DNA of 64,000 nucleotides, from the NCBI RefSeq assembly GCF_006345805.1, contig NC_043012.1:31186001-31250000 (forward strand), given 5' to 3'. The notes under the pieces are model-generated. The model was not told the DNA's origin. It did no database searches and worked only from the letters and a program-made list of their open reading frames with translations. Made by a program: the position numbers and the translations under genes. The stretch is from Octopus sinensis (lineage: Eukaryota). Below are positions 1-12,984 of this stretch, piece by piece; position 1 is the first letter of the stretch, and the number at the start of each line of letters is the position of its first letter.

Positions 1-1030
1 TATGGCTGAGAGATAACGGTTTAATTCAAAGTATCTGCTCTCAGCTTCCAATACGACCTCAAGTCAGCTCCGTACTTGGCACATGCGTTCCTCACTGTGT
101 TATTGGGAAGATCTTCGAACACCTCATTGAAATTGGTTACCAGCTCGGCTTTGATGTTGTAAGCAGAGCTGCTGGTGTTTTTCTGAAACGCATCCCACAT
201 ATAGTTATACATGAAAATAGAATCGGGGGAATTAGGAAGCCAGGAATTGGGGCTGGTGAAATTGTAGAAATTCTCCGACAACCACGACTGACTCTTTCCG
301 GAAGTATGGCAAAGAACTGAATCCGGTTACTGCACATATGACCTTCCAGCAGCAACCCTCTCCAGCCAGGGTTTGACCATAATCTCCAGCAGCTTCACAG
401 AAGTGGAGGTGCAATGGTCCAATGGTTAGGGTAGCGGACTCGCAGTCGGAGGATCGCGGTTTCGATTCCCAGAAACAGGCCTTGTGTGTGTTTATTGAGC
501 GAAAACACCTAAAGCTCCACGAGGCTCCGGCAGGGGGTGGTGGCGACCCCCGTTGTACTCTTTCGCTCCAACTTTCTCTCACTCTTTCTTCCTGTTTCTT
601 GTTCCCGACTTCCTATGCAACCGCTGAGCCTGGATGCGCATTTATCCATCAGTCGATGCTCTCGGTCTCGGGGGTTGACCTGCTTCCTTTTCTGCAGGTC
701 TTACGAATAGCAAAGGACCACGTTTCGGACTTCTCCCAGGAGGACGAAGACCGCTTCGCTCAACAGCAACAGCAATAGCAGCTTCACTGAGCCGTCTGAA
801 ATGAGCCTTAAGCTCTGTTCAAAGATTTGGGGCAACATGACGTCACCCTCATTGGAGACACACCCAAAGACCGTCTCAGTTCGGCAGAACTTGGGTTTCA
901 TGATACGTCGGACATCATATGGATTGTGGAAAGTCACCTGATGTTCTGGGTGCTGTGCAACTGATCCTGGCAAAAGTTCTCCGAGAAAAACCAAAATCAT
1001 CCTCGGCTCAACAGAATCACTCATCAAGCA
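1..1030 (-). mobile_element. Decayed IS630-Tc1-mariner transposase (maT/DD37D-like), split by a SINE
   Basis: Minus-strand frames give ...VFGCVSNEGDVMLPQIFEQSLRL... (701-1027) and ...ENFYNFTSPNSWLPNSPDSIFMYNYMWDAF...KAELV... (21-281), the catalytic and C-terminal region. Similar to the copies at 28.9 kb and 59.9 kb. Confidence 0.8.
399..776 (+). mobile_element. tRNA-derived SINE (family D) inserted in the transposase
   Basis: tRNA-like head with A-box-like TGGTCCAATGG and B-box-like GGTTTCGATTCCC, a (CAACAG)n tail, and an 11-bp TSD AGCAGCTTCAC at 388-398 and 777-787. Confidence 0.8.
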
Positions 1031-1039
1031 GTTCTCTTT

Positions 1040-1290
1040 GTGTGTCTTTGTATCTTTGTTTGTCGTCCAACACCGCTTACTGGATTGTTCACTTCTCCGT
1101 AACTTAGGAGTTCGTCAAAAGAGAACGATAGAATAAGTGCCAGACTTAAAAAAGTAAGTCTTGGGGGTCGATTCATTCTACTATACCCGAGGGTATAGTA
1201 GAAGACACTTGCCCAAAGTGCCACGCAGTGGGACTGAACTCGGAACCATGGGGTTGGGAAGATAGCTTCTTACCACACAGCCATTCCTGC
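1040..1290. mobile_element. Fragments of SINE family B (3' part on +, head on -)
   Basis: Matches the repeated motifs GATAGAATAAGT...GGGGTCGA and GAAGACACTTGCCCAA(A/G)GTGCCACGCAGTGGGACTGAAC. Confidence 0.7.
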
Positions 1291-1292
1291 AC

Positions 1293-1326
<34 letters not shown>

Positions 1327-2542
1327 AAAAATGTAGAACGCTGGAATGAGTGGTCAACACCGCGTTGGTGGATAAATAATTTCTTTATTTGTGAATTAAG
1401 GCTACCATTGGTTTCATGTTAAGAAGAGTGGGAAGATATCCAAGTATCTTAACAATTTTTCAAGCCGATCACATGGAGAAAGGTGCTCTCCTCTATTTTG
1501 GAAAACAATCTCGTTTCGTTCACGTATTTCTCGTAAATTCACGTAAGTAAAATAATGAATCAAGAGACCCTACTCTAGAAGGCATCTTTTGGGGTTTGTC
1601 TCGTTTGGATTTGTCTTTTAAGTAAATTTCTTAATTTTTTGCATTCTTTGTATGATCTTATTCTGGGCATGGTGTTTTGGACTTGTATGTTGGAACTCGT
1701 TTCTTCTTTGTGTGGAGTTTGTGACATTTCTTCTTTGTTGTGTGAAATTTGTGTGCTATGTGTGTTCACGTATATAGAGGGGCTACCCTGGTAGCGTTGC
1801 CCTCGTTTGTAGTTACCCTCGTTTATAGGGGGACTTCTTTAAAGTATTCGGGTGTAAAATATTGTTAGGGAGAGAAGGTTTCATCCCTAAGGTTTAAGGT
1901 GTTGTCTGTTGATTAAATAATATTTAATTTTTCAGTAATGCAATAATGCCCCGTCCTCTGTATTTTTTGGCTTTAGCAATAATTTTCCACTCTATCTGGG
2001 AGTTGCTTATCTTACCTTCTTTCAATGTCCATATTATGTTTGACAGGGATGTCGCATGTTTTTTGTTTTCGTCTCTGAGGGAGAGGGAGTGTCTACGTAA
2101 ATATAAGGAGGGAGATAGAAGGAGTGAGAGAGAGGAAATCTATTTCTGAGTATGACCGCTATCTCAGCTCTCAAATATATAGAAGTAAAAGAAGAAAAAA
2201 GTCTGTGATCTAAGAGGGTTGAAGTGATGCTGGTAAGTGAATATTTGCCAATTAGCTGATAGAACTTTTGGATACGGTCTTTATGATGCATTTTTAGAAA
2301 TGTTATATCATTATATGTGGATGTGTGGTTGTTTCCACGATGAATTGTGATTGTGAGACCTGGAATGTACAGTAAATTTGAAGTTTAAAATTGTGTATTG
2401 TTCCTGACAAGAGAAGGCGAGATACACATCTGTTTCTTAGATTTGTCTAATGATTGAGTTCGTGCCTTTTGAATGAGTCATCGCTTAGCAACCGAGGTTG
2501 GTGTAGTCTCGATTAGCATTATCTCATTATTTGATGTTCTCT

Positions 2543-2945
2543 AAGGCGGCGAGCTGGCAGAACCGTTAGCACGATGGGCAAAATGCTTAGCGATATTTCG
2601 CCTGCCGCTACGTTCTGAGTTCAAGTTCCGCCGAGGTCGACTTTGCCTTTCATCCTTTCGGGGTCGATAAATTAAGTACCAGTTATGCACTGGGGTCAAT
2701 ATAATGGACTTAATCCACTTGTCTATCCTTGTTTGTCCTCTCTGTGTTTAGCCCCTTGTGGGTAGTAAAGAAATAGGTATTTCGCCTAACTTCACATTCT
2801 GAGTTCAAGTTCTGCCGAGGTCGACTTTGCCTTTCATCCTTTCGAGGTCGATAAATTAAGTACTAGTTACGTACTGGGGGTCGATGTAATCGACTGGCTC
2901 CCTCCTCCCAAATTTCTGGCCTTGTGCCTAGAGTAGAAAAGATTA
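2543..2945 (+). mobile_element. tRNA-derived SINE family A, dimeric form
   Basis: Head AAGGCGGCGAGCTGGCAGAA, B box GAGTTCAA(A/G)TTCC, core GTCGACTTTGCCTTTCATCCTTTCG, first tail GTAGTAAAGAAATA, then a second partial unit with an alternative tail. Confidence 0.85.
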
Positions 2946-4439
2946 TAGGATGCTCTCAGGTCTCTTTTTATGGAGTTAGCGTATATCTGGCGTGAGGTGT
3001 CTATGCAGTATGTAAACGATGTATGTGCGCGGAATATTGAGGCGGAGTAAAAAACAATATCAGCTGTATAGAAGATTGTGGTAGATATTACCACATGTTG
3101 AGGAACATCAGCATTTAAACTCCTGAGGGAGTTTCATCAATGCACACTGAAATTGGTGCGGTCTGATGGGAATATTCCGATCCATGTAATTAGAAACAGA
3201 TGTACCCCATAGGCGGATGACGAAGCTAATTAGTTCTCGTGCTAAACATGGTCGAAGTATTTACTGATGTCAAATGCAACTACATTGCTTTTGCCAAAGT
3301 TTTCAAGGGCAAAACAACTATTTAGTAACATGCAGGAACAAGTCCTCGGTAGATCTGGTTCTCCCTCAGTTATTGTCTGGTTATCGAAAGCATGCTCTCA
3401 AAGTGATGAAGATGCTATTCCACTTACTCTTGATGTGTCAAAAACAACAGCTATAGATAAGAAGTTGGTAAGACCGGAGAGCCGTTCTCGTGATGGAATG
3501 CATTTTGACATATTTGCAAACACTATCCAAAGAGATGGAGAGAAATGGGGAATGAGAGAAAGGGAGGAGAGAGAGAGAGAGAGAGAGACGGAGAAGGGGA
3601 GAAAAGAAGGGAGAGAAATAGAGATTGAAGTATTTGGTGAGGGTAGATGCCAGCTCTTGAGCTTATTGTTGGAGGGCGAGGGAAAGAACGCCAGAGGATT
3701 TTTTTTTTACTTATAGCATTTGGAATGAAGTTAGGTAAAAGATTTCAATCAGAGTATTATAAGATACCATCTATCCTCATAATCCGGCATATGACTGATT
3801 CCGGAGTGTACAGCACCCTTTCCTGCATTCCCATTTATAATAAGCTTGTAACATAACTGTCATTAACCCTTTTACAAGTCATACAATAGTTAACTGGCTG
3901 CTGAAGAAGAATTTCCCATGTCATATTGTATTGAGATTTGTGATATTCGCGTTAAATATTTTTTAGATCAATTTTCATGGTAAATGTTACGTTAAGTACT
4001 TATACTCTTTTAATACCAACCAACCTGATTCCATCCCTAGTTCTATGATATAAATTTAAATCTTCCTGCAAAATTTGATGTTAATTTATGTTCTAAACAC
4101 TAGTTTAATGGTGACAGTTATTTTACTAAATTCTTCATTATTTTAAAAATTAATTGAAACTAGCGAAGTGTATTTCAACAAAAATATGCTAACAAAAGGA
4201 TTAATCTACAATCAGATCCAATCAATGACACTACATCAACATTATCTAAAAGAGATGTAAAAGGTAAAAGGGATAATTATTTTGCCAAGGGACATTACAA
4301 AACAGGATATGTTGTAATATTTTTATAAAAAATTGCCACTCTCTTAAAGACAGTTACACTAAAACTGCAAACTTTCTGTAATACTGTAGACTACTACTAC
4401 TACTACTGCTACTGTTGCTGCTGTTGTTGTTAAGCAACA

Positions 4440-4620
4440 AGACGGGTAAGGGTGATCAGGTGATGGTCTAGGGCTTAGGGGCGGGAGACCCCAGACCTTG
4501 GGAAAAAAAAACTTTGGTCGTCTAGTAGTCAAGGGCTCTTCGGTGACGCGCGACACCACTGGGAGGTGGCCCTCGAAGTCGCTGGAAATGGAGATCTCCA
4601 GGTCCAAAATCTTAAACGGC
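4440..4620 (-). mobile_element. Probable PLE GIY-YIG C-terminal remnant
   Basis: LDLEISISSDFEGHL...EPLTTRRPKFFF loosely resembles the PLE endonuclease tail (CxLCxxE...LNxRxE...CRH). GC-rich island; weak match. Confidence 0.3.
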
Positions 4621-5192
4621 TGCTGCTGCTGCTACTACTACTACTACTACTACTACTACTATACTACTACTACTACTACTACTACTGCTACTACTACTCA
4701 TATGAAGCATGTATTAAGCTCATGTAAAATTTTACACGAAGAGATTAACTTGTACTTTTTAACATTCAATTCTGCCAACTGTTACTGCCATCGATCAAGA
4801 CTTAATTTCTACTTGTCATTAATGAGACAATTAAAGATAGGATAGGACGTTTAAGATAATAATTCCTGTTGGATACCTCGAGGAAAATAGTGGCAAGTAT
4901 TTTTTTGATATTATAAAATAAGTGAGAAATCTCCAGGATATCTGCGATAAGAGGAATCTAATGATTTTTAATTATGTGTAAATTATATTTAACAGCATGC
5001 AGCCAGGACATTAGAAGACGCAGAAGAAAATGTCACGTACAACAACAACAACAACAGCAGCAACAACAACAAATATATATATACATATATACATATATAT
5101 ATACATATATATTGTTGTTGTGCGTCTGTGTATGTATGTGCGTCTGTGTAAGTATGTATGTAATGTGTGTATGTGTGTATGTATATACATAC

Positions 5193-5253
<61 letters not shown>

Positions 5254-6015
5254 TATATATATATATAAACATGCATATATATGCGAATCAGTATTATCGA
5301 TATGTATGTGCGCTTGTGTGTGTGTGTGTGTGTGTGGTGTGTGTGTGTATGCGTGTGTACTTATGTACATATATTCTACACACACAACTACTCACAAGCC
5401 ATTCAGGCATTGCGAGGAAGAACAGAATACCGTTCAAAAAGTCCTTACAATATTTAATAACATCCTTTCTACAATCTGAAATCAAATATTATCGCGGTTG
5501 ACTGACTTTTCAATTCCTAGTTATGACCAGTAGTGACTAAGAACAGGTTTCGGTTGAATGAATCTCTTCAGTAAATATTCGTTACTTGTTGAGTAATTGA
5601 TCTTAAGTCAATATATACATACATGCACACACACACACATACACACACACACACACACACACATACACACACGTACACACTCACACACATACACAGACAC
5701 ACAAGAATACGCACAATGACATGCAGGCACGTACGCACCCCCCCAGACTCACACATCACCACACACAGATAATTTTGATAACAGAGAGGTGTCGGTCATT
5801 AATGATCCAAGCCATGTCTAACTTAGCACCACCTAGTGAAGTCCTTAAAGTCATATTTTGGAGTAGAAGATTCCAGTCGATTTGATCATTGTTATTGGCT
5901 GAAATGTATCCAACTGTTGATGGTCTTCTACGCTAATTAAATTTAGTGAGTGAGGCCGAGATGTTAATCATCGTATTGTTGCACCGAGATGATGAACGAA
6001 ACGTAAAAATGGACG

Positions 6016-6633
6016 AAGGCGGCGAGCTGGCAGAAACGTTAGCACGCCGGGCGAAATGCGTAGCCGTATTTCGGCTGCCGTTACATTCTGAGTTCAAATT
6101 CCGCCGAGGTCGACTTTGCCTTTCATCCTTTCGAGGTCGATAAATTAAGTACCAGTTACGCACTGGCGTCGATGTAATCGATTAATCCGTTTGTCTGTCC
6201 TTGTTTGTCCCCTCTCTGTTTAGCCCCTTGTGGGTAATAAAGAAATAGGTATTTCGTCTGCCGTGGAAGGCGGCGAGCTGGCAGAAACGTTAGCACGCTG
6301 GGCGAAATGCTTTGCGGTATTTCGTCTGCCGCTACGTTCTGAGTTCAAATTCCGCCGAGGTCGACTTTGCCTTTCATCCTTTCGAGATCGATTAAATAAG
6401 TACCAGTTACGAACTGGGGTCGATATAATCGACTTAATCCATTTGTCTGTCCTTGTTTGTCCTCTCTGTGTTTAGTCCCTTGTGAGTAGTAAAGAAATCC
6501 CGCCGAGGTTGACTTTGCCTTTCATCCTTTCGGGGTCGATAAATTAAGTATCAATGAAACACTGGGATCGATGTAATGGACTTAACCCCATTCACCAAAA
6601 TTGCTGCCCTTGTGGCAAAATCTGAAACTATTA
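6016..6633 (+). mobile_element. Tandem cluster of SINE family A units
   Basis: Two heads (6016, 6267) and three copies of the core GCCGAGGT(C/T)GACTTTGCCTTTCATCC. Confidence 0.85.
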
Positions 6634-7377
6634 TCATCGTCATCATCATCATCATCATCATCATTATTATTTGTAGTAGCATTAGAAGTAGTATTAGTAG
6701 TAATTGTAGTGGTAGTAGTAGCAGCAGCAGTAATAATTGTAATAATTGCAACAGTAGAAATAGTTCATGACCAAAGCAACGACGATGACGACTATTAGTT
6801 TCGGTTGCCATAATGATAGATATGGTGATTGGATAGCGGAGATAATGTGGTGTGTTAATAGTAGAGGGACGGACGATCGCTGAGGTCTGTGAGGTCATTG
6901 AGTGAAGTCCTTGAGGTCACAAAGGTCACTAAGATCAGTGCTATGTAGAGATGGTTATGTTCATTTTGCCATCGTTGCCGCAGATAAGTAGGAACCAGGA
7001 CGAAACTTTGGTGGGAAGCTGTTAGTCGATGCCATCGAATTGGTACGTGTCTGGTACTTTACCTTAAGGACTCTGTAAAGAGGAAAACCAAAGTTGTTCC
7101 AGGGGGTGTTGTGAACACAGAATGTAAAAACTACTAAATCAAGTGTTTCCACGTGATTTCTTTAATAATGAGATAAACGGTGTTCTAGATCCGCTGTGGT
7201 TTGTTCTCTTTATCGATTATCGAAAAGTGGGACAATTTTGGCTGAAATATCAGATTAGGAGCGGCCCAATAGAGCTAGGATTTATTTATTGTCACGTGGG
7301 AGTAATATTTATGAAGTTAATTTCTTTAGCTTATTGCTCAATTTATATACTTAATTGTAGTAGTAGTTGTTCTTGTT

Positions 7378-7600
7378 TTCTTCTTCTTCTTCTTTTCTTG
7401 TTGTTGTTGTTCTTCTTCTTTCTTCTTCTTCTTCTTCTTCTTCTTCTTCTTCTTCGTCTTCTTCTTCTTCTTCTTCTTCTTCTTCTTCTTCTTCGTCTTC
7501 TTCTTCTCTTCTTCTTCTTCTTCTTCTTCTTCTTCTTCTTCTTCTTCTTCTCCTGCTGCTGTTGCTGCTGCCTCTGTAGCTGCTGCTGCTGCTTTCGATT
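7378..7600. repeat. (CTT)n and (GCT)n microsatellite
   Basis: Direct observation; it explains the poly-L/poly-S/poly-K/poly-R ORFs in the track. Confidence 0.95.
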
Positions 7601-8489
7601 TAATGGCAACAACAACATCAGCAGAAACTGCAGCAACAAATTTAGAGACAATACAGAACAATCAATAACAGCAGCAGCAGCAGCACTAGCACCGCCTCCC
7701 CATCCCCCACGAACAACAAGCGTCCCAAAGCAACAACAGACCGCAATATAAAAAAAACCCACGCAAAAAAATCGCAGCAATGCCCTCCACCCCCCACTCC
7801 CAAACTCGAATACGCATTAATGCTAACATCCCTTACGGTCAGCTATTACATACCTCCTTGAATCAGGGACAAGGTGAGAAACCAGACTAAAGTGGTTTGT
7901 GACAGAAAAAGAAGACAAAAATGAGAAACAAAAACCGCCCGAAGATGAAAGGCAGTTCATTCAAAGAAGCGGCAGATGTCCCAAACACACAACACGTCCA
8001 CTCTGCAATCTCTGCAACGATCTCAACTGTTACAAAAACACAACAGAAACAACATCGGTATTATCAACTACAGCAAACTTAATCGAAAAACTTAAAAAAC
8101 ACCGTGATCATAATCGCAAAAAAAAAAGAAAAAGAGGTAAAGTAAAATCAGTCACAAGATCAATAAAAGAACATAAGAAACCACCACCACCAACAACAAC
8201 AACTCTACTGTTGTTCAAAAGAACAGCAATGAATTGATGGAGGTGATAATAAGCAACAAAAACATTATCTCCATTGAGGAAAATTTTGAAGAGCTCCACA
8301 AATCTCCTAAGGACAGACCATTAATACTAACTCACAGACATACAGAAAAACAAAGGGGAAATTTTTCTCTTGATGGTGAGATTTTCTTTAGAAAAATGCC
8401 CAATAGGCTTTACGAAGGTCTTTTTAAAACATCCAGCTCAACCAATGAGGTGACCAGATCAAACGTCCTTTTCGAGAATCAAGGAGAAT

Positions 8490-9290
8490 GACCTATTTCA
8501 TTTTCTCCCCGGCAAATATGGCTTTCTTCTAATGTACATGGCCTGAGCTCGATTTCGAAGCAAGGTCACTTGTTCAACAATTTCAGGTAGCAACACATAG
8601 ATGTAGTAATCATTAACGAGACCAGGTTCCGTGGAGCACATGCACTCGTCCACATTTTCGACGAATACGAGGTGTACTCATCTCATGATCCGTCGGGGGA
8701 ACGGGCAGTAGAGTGGAAGCCTTATCTCGGAAAATCTTATATCTCGAGAGATTCTCCCTAGACTTGGATGGTAAGTTGTTTGTCTTTGACTGCAGCGATG
8801 TGGTCCCTAGTTTCAGTGTCTGTCCTGACAGCCTATGTCTGTTTAGACGTCTAGAAGTGGAGGTACGACAGACAACAAAACCACAATCCAGTATCTGACA
8901 GAACAGGATAGGTGGGTGCTACACTTTTCCCACTATTACATGCGGCTTTCCAGTTGCAGGTTGAATTGCTGTTTGGAGTGATATCGAATAGTTGCTGTCG
9001 CATATCGGACAAATCCGGTTAACCAGTGTATTGATTGTACTTTCTATGGCTACACCCGCCTTTAACCGGACAGGAAAGTGGTTTTTCTCTGTAACCAAAG
9101 AAGTTGTGCGCTGGGCGAGGCCTAAAGGTCTTAAGTGAGACACTTTTCTCTTTGCTTCATCTCTCATCGACCTTTTCAAGATTTATTTCAAAAGGAACGT
9201 GTCTTCGATTGAATTTATTGAATTATGGGTAAAAGTGGCGAAAATGGAAAGAGTGGATGGAAGTATAGATCTCTATCAGGATGATTGAAC
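8490..9290 (+). mobile_element. L1/Tx1-clade LINE remnant: AP-endonuclease N-terminus joined to ORF2 C-terminus
   Basis: From 8531: NVHGLSSISKQGHL...IDVVIINETRF (APE motifs NVxGL, DVxxxxET), then after a frameshift ...DLDGKLFVFD...LFRRLE. After ~8.95 kb: IAVWSDIE*LLSHIGQIRL...KEVVRWARPKGLK...FKIYFKR...WVKVAKMERVDG, resembling a Tx1 ORF2 end. Confidence 0.6.
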
Positions 9291-10227
9291 CACCACCACC
9301 ACCACCATCATCACCATATTTCCTTGATGTTGTATATCATGTAATTATGTTTCATAGTTTTTTTTAGTCATTCGAGTTTTTGTGTAGCCCCTCGCTTTCT
9401 ATTTATTCCTATACCGGCCACTGAACTGTCGCCTGGTGGAAAATGAAAGAAATCATTACTATCGTTATTATTGTTAGAAACCTCCTCCTCCCCCTCCCCT
9501 CTCTCTCCTCCTCCCCCTACTATATATATATAGTAGTAACAGAAAAGAGGAATTTCGATTATCCCCACGTGGTGAGTTGTAATGTATATATGAAATTAAT
9601 ATATATAAGAAATTAACAACATGGACCAAATTTTTTCTTAAGAAAAAAATATATATTCAAATAAGTAAAACATAATATCATGAATAGCGATAGCGAAACC
9701 GGTCGATATATCAAAAATTATATTAAAACTATGTAAATGTGCGTATTTTCCTTTTTTAATTTCTTATATATATATATATTATATATATATATATATATGT
9801 ACACACACACATCTGCATGCATATATGCGTGTGTCTATCATGCTATAAAATGCCTGCATTAAAATGTATTACTGGTATAAACTAAAACATTCACCACAAT
9901 AAATATCACATCACATGATTCATTGTCCCCTCAATCCATCGCAGACTGATTGTACTCGCACTTCGCTGCTACTTTAAAGAATACAATGAGCTCCATCGAT
10001 CCTGTTTAATACTCTCGATATATGTTCGTTGTATCCTCTAGCTAACCTTCTAACCCAGATAACTGTCTACGTTGACTTAATTAGCCAATGATTTGATGAA
10101 CTGATCTATTTAGAGTTATCTCCCTTCCCGTTTTTAGATTGTAGATCTCGATAGCATTTTTTCTGCGTATTTATTGCTTGCATAATTAGTTTGTCGAGGC
10201 TTTCAACTCGCTATATTATAATTGTGA

Positions 10228-10451
10228 AAGGCGGCGAGCTGGCAGAAACGTTAGCACGCCGAGTGAAATGCGTAGCCGTATTTCGTCTGCCGTTACGTTC
10301 TGGGTTCAAATTCCGCCGAGGTCGACTTTGCCTTTCATCCTTTCGGGGTCGATAAATTAAGTACCAGTTACGCACTGGAGTCGATGTAATCCCTTTGTCT
10401 GTCCTTGTATGTCCCCTCTGTGTTTAGCCCCTTGTGGGCAGTAAAGAAATA
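10228..10451 (+). mobile_element. Full-length young SINE family A
   Basis: Complete head, core and tail; 16-bp TSD TATATTATAATTGTGA at 10212-10227 and 10452-10467. Confidence 0.92.
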
Positions 10452-11171
10452 TATATTATAATTGTGAGTTTCTACAGTGTTTGTAACCAAGTTACTTTGT
10501 GATTTGACAAAATAGGACCTGAATATTGTTCCCATATAATATTACAGTTTCACTTCGGGAAGGTGTCAAAAAAAGAAAGAAAAAGAAACAAAAAATAAAA
10601 CAACAAAAAACGTAAAGAACAGCAAAGCGTCAGATGAGAGCGGAAAAAATCTTTCTATCAATATCTTACCAATGTTTAGTTGCAAACAGCCAATGTAGAA
10701 ATTCAATATACCAGGCTGGTTGGCTCTACTGGAAAGATAAAGGCAAAGAACAAAGTTGCTCACGTAAAGAACTTCGACTAATTGCATGCTAGAACTTAAG
10801 ATATACATATAAAGTCTAAAATACAGGAAGGATATTTCTATGATGTTAACAACATTATTACAAATGAGCAGTTAACCAAAAAGAAATGTGTTTGGGATGT
10901 ATATAATTATTTCAAATCAATAATATTGTACTGTTATAGAAGTGGCAACAAAGAAGGAATTTAGTTATGGCTTGGCCGTTTTAGAAGAAAACGTTGAACG
11001 TTATCCCCTCTTTGTGACTGTCAGAGACTCTGTATAATTTAGGAAAAAATAATTAAGGCTATAATCATTCTGACTTCATAATCGGTTAACATTATGAATT
11101 TTCAACAACGAATAAGCTGGTAGTCTTTTAGAACTTCTATTTGTTAATTTTGTTAATTTTTCTTTATATGA

Positions 11172-11350
11172 ATGACCATGGGATTGCACCTAGAAAGTTA
11201 CCCTCCGAGGCACAAGTCTGGGCAAGGTTGTTTATGGAAGACCAGCAGTCGCCCACGCATATCGGCCTCCTCTCTCCACGCCACCGATGTTATCTATGGG
11301 AAAGGCAAAGGCCGATACAACTTGGCACCAGTGACATCGCAGCTCATTTA
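11172..11350 (-). mobile_element. 3' part of SINE family C
   Basis: Closely similar to 39302-39480 (ACCATGGGATTGCACCTAGAAAGTTACCCTCC...CACCAGTGAC). Confidence 0.75.
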
Positions 11351-11399
11351 TTAACGTGCAATGTTTAGCCCCTTGTGGGTAGTAAAGAAATATATAATA

Positions 11400-11614
11400 G
11401 TAATATTGGTTTCAGATTTTGGCACAAGGCCAGCAATTTCAGGGGAAGGGGTAAGTCGATTACATCGACCTCAGTACGTAACTGGTACTTATTTCATCGA
11501 CTCTGAAATGATGAAAGGCAAAGTCGGTCTCGGCAGAATTTGAACGTAACGACAGACGAAATACTGGTAAGCATTTCGCCCGGCGTGCTAACGTTTCTGC
11601 CAGCTCGCCGCCTT
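11400..11614 (-). mobile_element. SINE family A
   Basis: Reverse complement of head and core (...CTGCCAGCTCGCCGCCTT). Confidence 0.85.
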
Positions 11615-12751
11615 ATTCATAATACTAATATTCAATTATTGTAACATTCGGGTAGTATCAAGTTTTTTTTATACTAGTGGAAACTTATAGTGATGTTTCA
11701 TACAAAACAGTTTACTCAATATCACGAGGACAAGAAACGAATATCTCTGATGTGAAAGATGATATATTAAATTCAATATTGTGGTTTAGAAATGAACCGG
11801 AACACTGATTTTGACCATGCTTCTATTGGTTTATTATTTCACTGATTAACGAAAGAGGAAGTCTAAATCTTCAACAGAATTTCAGTCATGCAATAAAGAT
11901 AAGATTACTTGTTCTACCTCACTTGTTTACTTGACCAAGTTAAACAAAGAGAATCATAACTTCAATTTTTAAAAAAAATCCTATATTAGAGGAGGGATGT
12001 TTCTTATTGTGCATTACAGAAGATTTAGTTGTTCTTGAAGTCTAAACTAAATCCTAAACTACAATTAATCAAGTGCTTCTAAGACATTGCTGTCATTTGG
12101 AAAAAAAAAAACCGTCTTTCATCTGGTTTTTATCTGAAATGCTCCGTTCAGTTCTTTCATCTAGGTCCTTATCACATTCGATCTTAGCTTTTATTTCTAT
12201 TGGAAAAATGTCTTCATCGATTTCATTCCAAATTATTAAGACTACTCTAATAATAGTTCACGCAACAAAAGGAAGAATTTTTTAAATTAATTTTTCGGAT
12301 GACTTGACATTTAAGCATCCATTTATCAACAGAAATTTTGGTTCTAAAAGATCAGAAGCAACACGTATTTGTTCTGCTTAATTATGTTACATCTTATGAA
12401 AATTTCATTGATAGTCGTTCAAGTTGTTGGTGGATTGACAGAATCGGTAGAGCGTTGGACAGAATGCCTTGCGTTATTTGTTCCAGCCCTTTACGTTGAG
12501 TTAAAATTCTGCCGAGATCAATTTCGCTTTTCATCCTTCTCGTGATTAAAATAAAGCAACACTCATTTATTGAAGTCGATATAATTGACTGTGCCCCATC
12601 TCCAAAATTTGTAAAAAAATCTTTCTCAACATTACCGCAACGAATCGACCAATGGAAAGTTATTTTTTTTCGTTTCGCAGACAATAGATCTCCAAATGTT
12701 TGGGTGTTTATCCTAAAACCAGAAACAGACAAAAGCGTGTCTTTTATTATA

Positions 12752-12984
12752 TATTTCTTTACTGCCCACAAGGGGCTAAACATAGAGAGAATAAACAAGG
12801 ACAGACAAACGGATTAAGTCGATTACATCGATCCCAGTGCATAACTGGTACTTAATTTATCGACCTCAAAAGGATGAAAGGCAAAGTCGACCTCGGCGGA
12901 ATTTGAACTCAGAACGTAACGGCAGACGAAATACGACTACGCATTTCGCTCGGAGTGCTAAAGTTTCTGCCAGCTCGCCGCCTT
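12752..12984 (-). mobile_element. SINE family A
   Basis: Full reverse-complement unit from TATTTCTTTACTGCCCACAAGGGG to CAGCTCGCCGCCTT. Confidence 0.9.

Noticed and set aside
1570-2500. Possible PLE ORF N-terminal debris on the minus strand
   Set aside because: No diagnostic motif could be read with confidence.
3100-3150. TTGATGA-AACTCC ctca GGAGTT-TAAA hairpin on the minus strand as a hammerhead
   Set aside because: Both core boxes are mutated and helices I and III do not form.
4003-4204. piggyBac-like (TTAA) MITE
   Set aside because: The putative TIRs are too diverged to support from this window alone.
4974-5501. Long ORFs rich in YI/CV/TH repeats (also 7143-7780, 22181-22630, 27555-28283, 41.6-43.5 kb, 49789-50787)
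   Set aside because: They are translations of microsatellites and SINEs that lack stops; there is no coding signal.
6800-7330. Unique moderately GC-rich segment with a 63-aa minus-strand ORF
   Set aside because: No recognisable domain or splice context; probably a LINE 5' region but unsupported.
7899-8237. Cys-containing ORF (LCNLCNDLNC) as a zinc-finger exon
   Set aside because: Spacing fits no finger type; more likely decayed LINE ORF1 or low-complexity sequence.
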